Of a DNA stretch of 32,666 bases, positions 7,377-17,500 are shown piece by piece. The notes under the pieces were generated by a model. The model was not told the DNA's origin. It saw nothing but the letters and a program-made list of their open reading frames with translations, and did not search any database. Origin of the DNA: Chthoniobacteraceae bacterium (lineage in GTDB: Bacteria > Verrucomicrobiota > Verrucomicrobiia > Chthoniobacterales > Chthoniobacteraceae); assembly GCA_031409335.1 (NCBI GenBank), contig JANNWY010000114.1:1-32666 (forward strand), given 5' to 3'. The position numbers were made by a program, and so were the translations under genes. Each line of letters opens with the position of its first letter. Position 1 is the first letter of the stretch.

Positions 7377-10300
7377 ATGAAACCGACCATCCTCGCCACC
7401 ACCATCGCCCTGCTCCTCGCCCCATCACTTTTCGCCGTCATCGAAAGCTGGGATGGCGGCGGGGCGAACGACAATCTGAACACCGCGCTCAACTGGCTCG
7501 ACAACACCGCGCCGCTCAGTGACCTCGTGAACACCGACCTCATCTTCGCGGGCACGACGCGGCTCACGCCGAATGTGAGCGTCGCCCTTTCCACGAACAG
7601 CGTGGCCTTCAACAACACCGCGGGCGCGTTCACGATTAACGGCACGGTGCTGAGCGTCGGCACGGGCGGCATCACCAACAACGACGCCAACACGCAGACC
7701 TTCAACAGCTCGATCAACTTCGGCCTCGTCGCGACCGCGACGGTCAACGCCGCGAGCGGCGCGCTCACCTTCATCAATCAGATCACTGCGCCGATTGACC
7801 TCACCGTGGACGGGGCGTTCGCGACGACTTTTTTCAATATCCAGGCCGGCGGCTCGATCCTCAAACAGGGCGCGGGGACGATGTCGTGGGGCTCCACCGT
7901 GGCGACGGATGTCGATGTGACCGTCTCGGTGGGCACGATGACGATGTCGGGCGCCACGACGTTCAACTCCGGTTCGGTGATCGCGGTGAACGGAACCAGC
8001 GACCTCAACATCGACCAGAACGTGACGTTCAACGGCGGCCAGTTCACGCGCGCCACTGGAGCCACGCTCGCGGTGGCGGCGGGCAAAACGCTGACCGTGC
8101 AAAACGGCGCGGATGCGATCCTCACCGGCTCGTTTTCCAACACGACGGCCTCGACCATCGCGGTGACAGGCGTGGGCTCGACCTTCTCCACGGCCTCGAC
8201 GCTCTCGTTCCTCGGCGGCAGCACGCTGACTGTTGCAGCCGGTGGCGATGTGTCGAGCGGGACGGGCTCCATCTCCATCGGCGCGAGCGGGGGAAATGGC
8301 ACCGTGTCCGTGGATGGCGGCGGCTCGAGTTTTGGCGGCGGCAATTTGAATGTCGGCCTGGTCGGCAGCACGGGGCTGCTGACTTTCAGCAACGGCAGCA
8401 CGGGTGCGTTTGGCTCGATCGGCGTGGATAACAGCGCCACCGCGGCCACCGGCGGGACGCTCAATATCCAAAGCGGCGCGACGGTGACGGGAACGAGCCT
8501 CTTCCTCGCACCGAGCGCCGCGTCCAACAGTGGGACGGTGACGATCACGGGCGCGGCATCGGCGCTGACGATCAGCGGCGCGGGTGCGATAACCATCGGT
8601 GCGACGAGCGCGAGCACGGCGGCGCTGAATGTGCAGAGCGGCGGCACTTTCAACAGCGGCACGGGCACGACGACGGTGAATACCACGGGCACGGTGGCCA
8701 TCGCGGGCGGCACCTTTAATCAGAATGGAAACATGATCCTGAGCGGTCTGATGACGCGCGACGCGACGGGCGTTTTCAATCTCGCGGCGGGGCGCACGCT
8801 GACGGTGCAGGGCGGCGGCGATTTTACGAATAGCGGCACCTACTCTCACACGACGGCTTCGACGGTGACGGTGACAGGCGCAGGCTCGACGCTGAGCGCG
8901 ACCGCCAGCAACCAACTGCGGTTCAGCGGCGGGAGCACGCTGAATGTGCTCGCGGGTGCGCAGGCCACGGCAGGCGGCTCGATCTTGCTCGGCGGCGATC
9001 CGGGAAATGCGACGGGGCTGGTGGATGGCCCGGGCTCGGTGCTGACGAGCGTAAACTTCGGGCTCTCGCTCGCGGCCAGCAGCGGCAGCGTGGCGGCGCT
9101 GACCTATTCCAATGGCGCGGGGGGATCCTTCCAATCGTCGATCTCGATGGCCAGTTCGCTGAACGGATCGGCGACGTTGAATGTGCGCTCCAATGCGGCG
9201 GTTTCGGCAGGCGGGTTGACGATGGCGAATCTCGCGAGCCCGTCCACCGCGACTTTAGAGATCGACGGCGCGGGCTCGGTGCTGACGCTGACTGGCGGCA
9301 CGGCGAGCAACATCGGCGCGGCTTCGGCGAGCAACGCGCAGATCCTCATCGACAACGGCGGCGTGCTCAACACGAACACCGGCACTTTCATGGTGAACAA
9401 CACCGGCTCGGTGAATCTCGTGGAGGGCAGCTTCTTTGCGAACGGCAACATGACGCTGAATGGCGGGCAATTTCAGGCGGGCGTGTCCGGCAATTTCAAC
9501 CTCGCGGCGAATCGCACGCTGACCGTGACGAACGGCGGCGACGCCAGCTTTGCCGATTTGTTTTTCCTGAATCAATCGAACGCGCGCGTGACCATCTCGG
9601 GCAGCGGCGCGACGCTCACGGGCAACCGTTTGCTCGCGCTCAATGGCAACACGGTGACGGTGAGCAACGCGGGGAGCGCGACTTTCGCGGACATCCTGGT
9701 GGGCTCCGGCGGCCCGATCGGGACCACGCTGGTCACGGGCGCGGGATCGAGCATGACGGCCACGGCCACTTTTGAAATCGGCCAGGGCACGCACACTTTT
9801 TCGAGCGGCGCGACTGGCTCGCTCGGCGCGGTCGAGATCGACGCGGAGCGCTCGGCGCTCTCCGGGGTCTCCGGCGATCTCATGGTCCAAAGCGGAGCCA
9901 CGGTCATCTCGGGCACTTTACGGATCGCGAGCATCGGCTTCAGCGGTGGAAATGCCAATGCGCTGACCGTGACGGGTGCGGGTTCGAGCTATACGCAGAC
10001 GGGCGCGGCGACGGTCAGCCTCGGCTACACCGGCCTGCAGGGCCCGACGCCGAGTACCGGCACGCTGAATGTCGCGGATGCCGCCACGTTTGCTTCGGGG
10101 ACGGGCACGATCTTCCTCAACACCAACGGCACGATCAACCTCGACGGCGGCACGGTCGATCTGCGCGGCCCGCTGAATCGCAGCGGCGGTGTGATGAATT
10201 TTAATCGCGGCGCGCTGAAGATCATCGACCCGCTGACCGTCGGCACCGGCGGCCTGCTCGGCACTTCGCTCACGCTCGACAGCACGCGGAGTTTCACGAC

Positions 10301-11642
10301 GACGAACACCACGACCATCGACGCCTTTCGCACGCTGACGCTGAATGGCGGCGCGTTCTCGACCGGCGCGCTCGTGAACAATGGGACGCTTGCTTTCAAC
10401 AGCGGCACGCTCGCCATCACCGGCGCGGGTGGCTTCAACATCGGCACCGGCGCGCTCGGCTCCTCGATCACGCTCGGCACGGGCGCGACGTTGCAAGTTT
10501 CGCAAACGACCACGATCAACGCAGGCGCGCTGCTCCGGCTCAACGGTGGCGTTTTTACGAGCGCGAACGTGACGAACACCGGCACGCTCGATCAGCAAAA
10601 CGGCACGCTGAACATCACCGGCACCCTGAACAACGCGGCGGGCTCGCGGCTCTTCGTGGGCGGGCTGAGTTTTGACACGAGCAACGTCACCAACGCGGGC
10701 CGCATCACGCTGCTGAACGGACTCGGCGAAATCGGCGGCACGGGCACGATCACGAACACGGGCGTCATCACCGGCGACGGCACGATCGGCAAAGCGGTGA
10801 CGAACAGCGCGAGCGGCCAGCTCCGCGCGGAAGCGGGAAAAACACTGCTGCTCACCGGCGCGGTCGCGGCGAACGCGGGGACGTATTCGCTGGAAGGCGG
10901 GACGCTGGAATTCACGAACGCGATCACGAACGGCGCGACGGGGACGATCACCGGCTTCGGCGCGCTGCGCTCGGCGCTGCTCACGAATCAAGGCAACATC
11001 GGCCTCAGCGGCGACGCGCGTTTTTACGGCGATGTGACGAATGCGGCGGGCGCGCGGATCATCACCAGCGGCGGCTCGACTACAACCTTCTACGACGACG
11101 TGATTCACAACGGCACCGAGATCCGCACGAGCGCGGGCGGGTCGAGCGTGTTCTTCGGCGCGGTCAGCGGCGCGGGGCCGTTCACGGGGACGGGGACGGT
11201 GTATTTCGAGGGCGATCTGCGGCCGGGAAATTCGCCCGCGCTGGTGCGTTACGGCGGCGATGTGGCGCTCGGTGGTGCATCGACGCTCGCGCTGGAAATC
11301 GGCGGGCTGCTTGCGGGCAGCGAGTACGACCGGCTGAATGTCGCGGGCACACTCTTCGAGGACGGCGTGCTCAACGTATCACTCTACGGCGGCTTCACGC
11401 CGCACTTCGGCGACACGTTCGATCTCTTCGACGCGGGCGCAGTCGCAGGAAGTTTCGACGCCATCAATCTCCCCAACCTCGGAGGCGACCTCGAATGGGA
11501 TGCGACCAATTTGCAAAGCACCGGCCAGCTCCGGGTGGTCCCCGAGCCGTCCGCTCCGCTACTCACGCTGCTCGGAGCTGCGCTTCTCAGCGCCCGCCGC
11601 CGGAAAGGCAAAATCATGTGGGGGAAAAATCATTGGGGATGA
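7377..11642 (+). CDS. PEP-CTERM surface protein g1 (1421 aa), T5SS/PEP-CTERM-associated-type repeats
   Basis: Signal MKPTILATTIALLLAPSLFA, G/T/S/N-rich VTGAGS repeats, and C-terminal VPEPSAPLLTLLGAALLSARRRK. Confidence 0.92.
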   Translation: MKPTILATTIALLLAPSLFAVIESWDGGGANDNLNTALNWLDNTAPLSDLVNTDLIFAGTTRLTPNVSVALSTNSVAFNNTAGAFTINGTVLSVGTGGITNNDANTQTFNSSINFGLVATATVNAASGALTFINQITAPIDLTVDGAFATTFFNIQAGGSILKQGAGTMSWGSTVATDVDVTVSVGTMTMSGATTFNSGSVIAVNGTSDLNIDQNVTFNGGQFTRATGATLAVAAGKTLTVQNGADAILTGSFSNTTASTIAVTGVGSTFSTASTLSFLGGSTLTVAAGGDVSSGTGSISIGASGGNGTVSVDGGGSSFGGGNLNVGLVGSTGLLTFSNGSTGAFGSIGVDNSATAATGGTLNIQSGATVTGTSLFLAPSAASNSGTVTITGAASALTISGAGAITIGATSASTAALNVQSGGTFNSGTGTTTVNTTGTVAIAGGTFNQNGNMILSGLMTRDATGVFNLAAGRTLTVQGGGDFTNSGTYSHTTASTVTVTGAGSTLSATASNQLRFSGGSTLNVLAGAQATAGGSILLGGDPGNATGLVDGPGSVLTSVNFGLSLAASSGSVAALTYSNGAGGSFQSSISMASSLNGSATLNVRSNAAVSAGGLTMANLASPSTATLEIDGAGSVLTLTGGTASNIGAASASNAQILIDNGGVLNTNTGTFMVNNTGSVNLVEGSFFANGNMTLNGGQFQAGVSGNFNLAANRTLTVTNGGDASFADLFFLNQSNARVTISGSGATLTGNRLLALNGNTVTVSNAGSATFADILVGSGGPIGTTLVTGAGSSMTATATFEIGQGTHTFSSGATGSLGAVEIDAERSALSGVSGDLMVQSGATVISGTLRIASIGFSGGNANALTVTGAGSSYTQTGAATVSLGYTGLQGPTPSTGTLNVADAATFASGTGTIFLNTNGTINLDGGTVDLRGPLNRSGGVMNFNRGALKIIDPLTVGTGGLLGTSLTLDSTRSFTTTNTTTIDAFRTLTLNGGAFSTGALVNNGTLAFNSGTLAITGAGGFNIGTGALGSSITLGTGATLQVSQTTTINAGALLRLNGGVFTSANVTNTGTLDQQNGTLNITGTLNNAAGSRLFVGGLSFDTSNVTNAGRITLLNGLGEIGGTGTITNTGVITGDGTIGKAVTNSASGQLRAEAGKTLLLTGAVAANAGTYSLEGGTLEFTNAITNGATGTITGFGALRSALLTNQGNIGLSGDARFYGDVTNAAGARIITSGGSTTTFYDDVIHNGTEIRTSAGGSSVFFGAVSGAGPFTGTGTVYFEGDLRPGNSPALVRYGGDVALGGASTLALEIGGLLAGSEYDRLNVAGTLFEDGVLNVSLYGGFTPHFGDTFDLFDAGAVAGSFDAINLPNLGGDLEWDATNLQSTGQLRVVPEPSAPLLTLLGAALLSARRRKGKIMWGKNHWG

Positions 11643-11710
11643 AGGGAGGCCGCCTGCATTGCCCACTGATCGCCACTGCTCCCAATGATTTTGCCCCACA
11701 TGATTTTGCC
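11607..11710. repeat. REP-like inverted repeat pair built of GGCAAAATCAT units
   Basis: GGCAAAATCATGTGGGGGAAAAATCATTGGG (from 11607) is the near-perfect reverse complement of CCCAATGATTTTGCCCCACATGATTTTGCC (11681-11710). Confidence 0.85.
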
Positions 11711-11735
11711 ATCCACTCCGCAACGCACCACCACC

Positions 11736-14504
11736 ATGAAAACTCGCAGCATCCTCACCGCCACCATCGCCCTCCTCCTCGCAACTCCACTCGCACTTCA
11801 TGCCGCCAGCTTCACTTGGGACGGTGGCGCGCTGCTCGGGCCGGAGTGGAGCCGCGATAACAATTGGTCGGGCAACAATGCTCCGCCGAGCGATGGGACG
11901 GCCGATCTTTTCTTCGCGGGCAGCAGCCGGCTCGATGCCACGGCGGACGCGGCCTGGAACATTCGCTCGCTCACTTTCAACAGCGGTGCCGGAGTGTTCG
12001 ACGTGCAGGGCAGCACGCTGACGATCGGCTCCGGTGGCGTGACGAGCAACAGCGCCAATTTCCAACAGGTGAACAACAACATTGTTCTGAGCGCCGCGCA
12101 GACTTTCAACACGACGAGCACGGGCAGCCTTGGTCTCTTTGGCTCGGTGATCCTCAACGGCCATGCGCTCTCGATCGATCCAAGTATGGACACGCTAAGT
12201 CAGGTCATCACCTTCCTCGGCGCGATCTCCGGCGCGGGCGGAATTACGAAGAACGGAATCGGCACCATGCGGCTGGACAACTCTACGCCGAACACCTTCA
12301 CCGACGGCATCACGGTCAACGCCGGGAGTCTCGAACTGACGGCCACCGACGGCATTGGCGGGGGCGTCATATCGGTTCCTGGACGGCTGGAGATCGTGAA
12401 CGGCGACGTTGTAGTCCAATCGAGCAGCCAGATTGCCAATTCTGCCGCGGTGATCGTTCGGAGCAGCGGCTCCTTTGTCATCGGGGGCGTGTCCACCCGC
12501 GCGATTGATACGATCGGAGTGCTCACGGTGGATGGAGGCCTGGTGAGCATTCGCCCGGATTGTGTGCTTACTGCGAGTGGTCTCGTGATGATCGGCGGAC
12601 AAATCAGCGGCGCGGTCCAAAGCGAATTTTCGCTCCTCGGCGGCGGTGCGGTGACCGTCGGGAGTTCCGCGATCGCGGAGATTTCGGTCACGGCAATGGG
12701 CCTGGGCGGCGGCGTGAATACCTTCAACATCGCCAACGGCACCGCGGCCATCGACATGCGGATCACGGCGGTGATTTCCAACGGCAGCATCACGAAGACT
12801 GGCGACGGCTTGCTCCAACTGGCGGGCGTCGCGGCCAATACCTACACGGGCTTGACGACCGTGGCCGCAGGCACGCTCGAACTGAACAAGCTCGCGGGCG
12901 TGAGCGCGGTGGCCGGCTCGCTCACCATCGGCAACGGTGCGCCGGGCGGCATCGTGAAACTTCTCGACAGCGATCAAATCAGCGCGGCGAGCGTGGTGAC
13001 GATCGCCGCCGGCACGCTCGATCTGAACAACTTCAACCAGACCCTCGCGCAGCCGCTGACGATGAACGGCGGGAGCATCGTCACCGGCGCGGGCGCACTC
13101 ACGCTCAACAACAACGTGACCGCGAATGCGAGCGGCTCGAATCTCCCGACGATCAGCGGCATTCTCAATCTCGGCGGCACGGCCCGCACTTTCACCGTGA
13201 ACGATTCGTTGTTCACGAATGACCTGACGATTGGCGCGGCGATTTCCAACGGAGCCTTCACCAAGGCCGGCACGGGCACGCTCGTCCTCAACGGCGCGAG
13301 TGCGAATACCTACACCGGCACGACGACCGTGAATGCGGGCGAGGTGCAACTCGGCAAAACCGCGGGCGTCATCGCGATCGCCGGCGCGCTCGTGGTGGGC
13401 GACGGGATCGGAGCGGAGAACGTGCGCCTGCTTGCCAATGAGCAGATCGCCAACGCGAGCGCGTTGACGATTAACACCGCGAGCGCGCTGCGGCTCGATG
13501 GATTTTCCGAAACCATCGGCGCGTTGACGCTCAACGCTGGCAGCGTTTTCGATTCGGCCGCCACGGGTCTGCTCACGCTCGGCGGCGATCTCGCCGTGGG
13601 CGGCACGGGCACGTCGCAAGTGCTCGCGCGGGTGAGCCTCGGCGGAGCGACGCGCATCTTCAACGTCGCGAACGCCAACGTGAGCGGCACCGATGTGCTG
13701 ATGAACGCGGTCATTTCCAACGGGGGCATCAACAAAACCGGCGTCGGGACCGCGGTGCTCAGCGGAGCCAACACGTTTGCCGGCGGCCTCGTCGTAAATG
13801 TGGGCGAAGTCGCGTTCGGCAACAACGGGGCGGCTGGCACGGGTCCGCTCACGCTGAATAACACCGCCGCGATTCGCGCCGAGACCGCGGCACGAACGCT
13901 TGCGAACGCGGTGACCGTCGGCGGAAATTTCACAGTCGGCGGCACGCTTGCGCTCACGCTGAGCGGCCCGGTGACGATCACCGGCAATCGCACCGTGACG
14001 ATCAGCAGCACGGCGCTCACGACTTTCTCGGGTGCCATCAGTCAGGACATCGCCGGGCGCGCGCTCACCAAAACCGGGACTGGCGAACTCACGCTGAGCG
14101 GCCCGCTGGCCATCTCGACGCTGAACGTGAACGCAGGCGAGCTGAACCTCGCGACCAGCGCCACCAACGCCGCGCTCAACGCCAACGCCGGCACGACGAA
14201 CATCTCCGCAAATCAGACGCTCGCCTCGCTTACCATCGGCGCGGGCGCGGTCGTCACGCTTGCTCCTGCGAGCAGCCCGGCGGTGGCTGGCGATGTCGGC
14301 GAATTCGCGTGGGACGAGGCGCAGTTCGCGAACACGGACTCGACCGGCGTCGTGCCCGAACCCGGCATCGGCGCGCTGCTGGCGAGCGCGGCGATGTGGC
14401 TGCTGCGCCCCCGCGGCAGACCGTTCCGGCGGCGCCTCGCCGCTGAACTCTGCGACGGGGCCGTCGCAGCCACTACTTCCCGCTGCGACGCGCCTTCAAA
14501 ATAA
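11736..14504 (+). CDS. PEP-CTERM surface protein g2 (922 aa) with autotransporter-associated beta-strand (PATR-type) repeats
   Basis: Signal MKTRSILTATIALLLATPLALHA, repeats such as FTKAGTGTLVLNGASANTYTGTTTVNAG, and VPEPGIGALLASAAMWLLRPRGR. Confidence 0.92.
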   Translation: MKTRSILTATIALLLATPLALHAASFTWDGGALLGPEWSRDNNWSGNNAPPSDGTADLFFAGSSRLDATADAAWNIRSLTFNSGAGVFDVQGSTLTIGSGGVTSNSANFQQVNNNIVLSAAQTFNTTSTGSLGLFGSVILNGHALSIDPSMDTLSQVITFLGAISGAGGITKNGIGTMRLDNSTPNTFTDGITVNAGSLELTATDGIGGGVISVPGRLEIVNGDVVVQSSSQIANSAAVIVRSSGSFVIGGVSTRAIDTIGVLTVDGGLVSIRPDCVLTASGLVMIGGQISGAVQSEFSLLGGGAVTVGSSAIAEISVTAMGLGGGVNTFNIANGTAAIDMRITAVISNGSITKTGDGLLQLAGVAANTYTGLTTVAAGTLELNKLAGVSAVAGSLTIGNGAPGGIVKLLDSDQISAASVVTIAAGTLDLNNFNQTLAQPLTMNGGSIVTGAGALTLNNNVTANASGSNLPTISGILNLGGTARTFTVNDSLFTNDLTIGAAISNGAFTKAGTGTLVLNGASANTYTGTTTVNAGEVQLGKTAGVIAIAGALVVGDGIGAENVRLLANEQIANASALTINTASALRLDGFSETIGALTLNAGSVFDSAATGLLTLGGDLAVGGTGTSQVLARVSLGGATRIFNVANANVSGTDVLMNAVISNGGINKTGVGTAVLSGANTFAGGLVVNVGEVAFGNNGAAGTGPLTLNNTAAIRAETAARTLANAVTVGGNFTVGGTLALTLSGPVTITGNRTVTISSTALTTFSGAISQDIAGRALTKTGTGELTLSGPLAISTLNVNAGELNLATSATNAALNANAGTTNISANQTLASLTIGAGAVVTLAPASSPAVAGDVGEFAWDEAQFANTDSTGVVPEPGIGALLASAAMWLLRPRGRPFRRRLAAELCDGAVAATTSRCDAPSK
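14450..14476 (-). repeat. GTAG-type REP-like hairpin
   Basis: Perfect palindrome CTGCGACGG-GG-CCGTCGCAG (14450-14469) followed by CCACTAC (GTAG on the minus strand). Confidence 0.6.
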
Positions 14505-14535
14505 CGCGACTCCCAACCCTCCACCCACAACACCA

Positions 14536-17500
14536 ATGAACCTCCCACGCATCCTCGCCACCACCATCGCCTCTCTCCTCACCGCCGCCACGCTCCACGC
14601 CCAGACTTGGGACGGTGCCGGGGCCGCGGGCGGGAATCTCGATTGGATCACCGCCACGAATTGGGTCGGCGATGTCGCGCCGGCGAACAATGCCACGGCG
14701 AACATCATTTTCGCCGGCCTGATCGACAACAACCCGGGGCCGAATCTCGACCAGAACTGGAACGTCAACTCCGTCACGTTCAACAACACAGCGGGCGCGT
14801 TCACGCTGGGCTCGACGGGCGGGTTCACGCTGACGATCGGGGTGGGCGGAGTCACGAACAACGACACGCAGACGCAGACGATCAGCCACTCGGTGACACT
14901 CGGTTCGGCGCAGACTTGGAATGCGGCGAGCGGCGGGCTGAGCATGATCAGCGGCACGCTGAATAACGCCGGCAATCTCCTCACCGTGACGGGCGCGAAC
15001 GATGTGCTGCTGAGCAGTGCGATGACCGGCGCGGGTGGGCTGACGAAATCCGGCGCGGGCGTCCTCACGCTCAGCGGCGCGGCGGGGAACACTTTCTCCG
15101 GGCCGACGCTCGTCAATGGTGGCGTGCTCATTTTGCAGAAAAGCGCGGGCGTGAATGCGCTCACGGGATCGGTCACGGTGGGCGATGGCGTGGGCACGGA
15201 TGAGCTGCGGCTTGGCGCGAACAATCAGATTCCGAGCGCGTCGCTGGTCACGGTCGCGAACGGCGGCTTGTTTAACCTGAACGGCTTTAGCGAGGGCTTT
15301 CTGCAACTCGCGGTGAGTGGCGGCAGCACGACCATCGGCGCGGGCACGCTGACGCTCAGCACGAATCTGACGATGACCGGAGGGAGCGTGAGCAGCACCG
15401 CGGGGTCGCTGGTGCTGCAAGGCTTGCTGAATACCAATGCTGCGGCGACTTCGGCGACGATCAGCGGCAATCTGGATCTCGCTGCAATCTCGCGGACTTT
15501 CACGATCGCGGATGGTGCGGCAGCCATCGACCTCGACGTGTCGGCGATTATCTCCAACGGTTCGATCGCCAAGGCCGGCGCGGGAGCGCTGCGGCTCTCC
15601 GGCGCGAACATTTTCGCGGGCAACTTTGATCTCAACGCGGGCACGGTGCTCGTGGGAAACAACGCGGCATTCGGTACGAGCCTCGTGCGGTTGAATGGCG
15701 GCAGCATTGAAGCGGACGGAGGCATCCGGACTCTGGCGAACGCGATCACGCTCGGGGGCAATGTCTCGCACACCGGCGCGACGGACATTCACACGACGGG
15801 CGCGGTCCAGATCACGGGCACCCGCACGTTCACCGTCGCCGACGCAGCCGCGACGTTCTTCGTCGATGGCTCGCTCACCGAGTCGGCGGGCGGCTTCACT
15901 TTTACAAAAGACGGCGCGGGCACGCTGACGCTCTCGACGACTGGCGCGAATACTTTCGCCGGCACGACGGTGGTCAACGGCGGCATGCTGCGGCTCGCGG
16001 GTTCCACCAATACCGTGCGCGGGAACGCAATTGTCGGCAACGACATCGGCGGCCCCTCTTCGGACGTCCTGCGGCTCGACGCCAGCAACCAGGTTGCGGA
16101 TTCCGCAATCGTCGAGGTGCGGAGCTCCGGCAACTTTTTCATCGGGGCATTCTCCGACACGATCGGCGGGCTCACGATGAAGGGCGGCACAGTGGGCGGG
16201 GCTTCGGGAACACTGACGATTGCGGGCAATGTCACCGGACTCGCCGATGCGGCGAGCGCACAGATCACCCCGAACGTAAATCTCGGTGGCGCGGTGCGCA
16301 CTTTCACCATCGCCGACGGCGCGGCGGCGAGCGATCTCGATGTGACGTCGCTGGTCTCCAATGGCGGCGTCATCAAGGACGGCGCGGGCACGCTGCGGCT
16401 CGGCGGCAACAACACCTACGCGACGGGCACGACGCTCAGCGCCGGCACGCTCGCGGTCGGCAGCGACACCGCGCTCGGTACTGGTACCGTCACGCTGAGC
16501 GGCGGAACGCTCTCCACCGATGGCGCATCGCGCACGCTGACCAACGCGATCTCTTTGAACGGAACCACCACGCTCATCGGGGCGGGCGGCTTCCTCTTTA
16601 ACGGCCCGGTCACGCTCGCCGGTGCCTCGACCCTCGTCGTGACGAATTTCACGAACAGCATTTCCGGCGTGCTCGGCGGCGGCGCGGGCCTCAACAAGCA
16701 GGGCACGGGCACGCTCTTCCTCACCGGCTCGTCGGCGAACACTTTCACGGGCGCGCTTATCGTCGAGGAAGGTCTGCTGGCGTTGAACAAATCCTCCGGC
16801 AATGCGGTGACGGGCTTTCTCTCGCTGGTCCAGAATTTCGCGGGCACGCCGGAAGTGCGGCTCTTTGCGAACAATCAAATCGCAGACAGCGTGGGCGTCA
16901 GTGTGGGCTCCGGGGCGCTGCTGAATCTGAGCGGATTTTCCGACACGATCGGCGCGCTGAATGTGAATGGCGGCAGCGTGGCGACCGGCGCGGGCACGCT
17001 CACTATGGGCGGAAATTTTTCCACCGGCGTGACGAGCGTCACCGGCACCGTGAGCGGAAATCTCAGCCTCGGCGGGGCGACGCGCACCTTCACCGTTGGC
17101 GACAACGCGCCCGCGATTGACGTCGATATTTCAGCGGCGATCAGCAACGGCGGGATCATCAAGGATGGAGCGGGAACGCTGCGGCTGAGCGGCACGGTGA
17201 CGAACAGCTTCTCCGGCGCGACCACGGTGAACGCCGGCACACTCGTCCTCGCAAAACCGGCGGGCCTCAATGCCATCGTAGGCGATCTCATCGTCGGCGA
17301 CGGCTCCGGCGGCGCGAATGCCGACGTGGTTTCGCTCGCCGTGAACAACCAGATTTACACTTTGAGTGCGGTGACGATCAACAGCTCGGGACTGCTGAAT
17401 TTCGCGGGCTTCAACGGAACCATCGGTTCGCTCACGATGAATGGCGGCAGCGTCACAACCGGTGCGGGCGTGCTCGGCTTTGAAGCGGTGCCGGCGGTGC

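Noticed and set aside
14260..14535. Upstream ORF-track extensions of g1, g2, g3 and g5
   Set aside because: The conserved signal peptide defines the true starts at 7377, 11736, 14536 and 23521.
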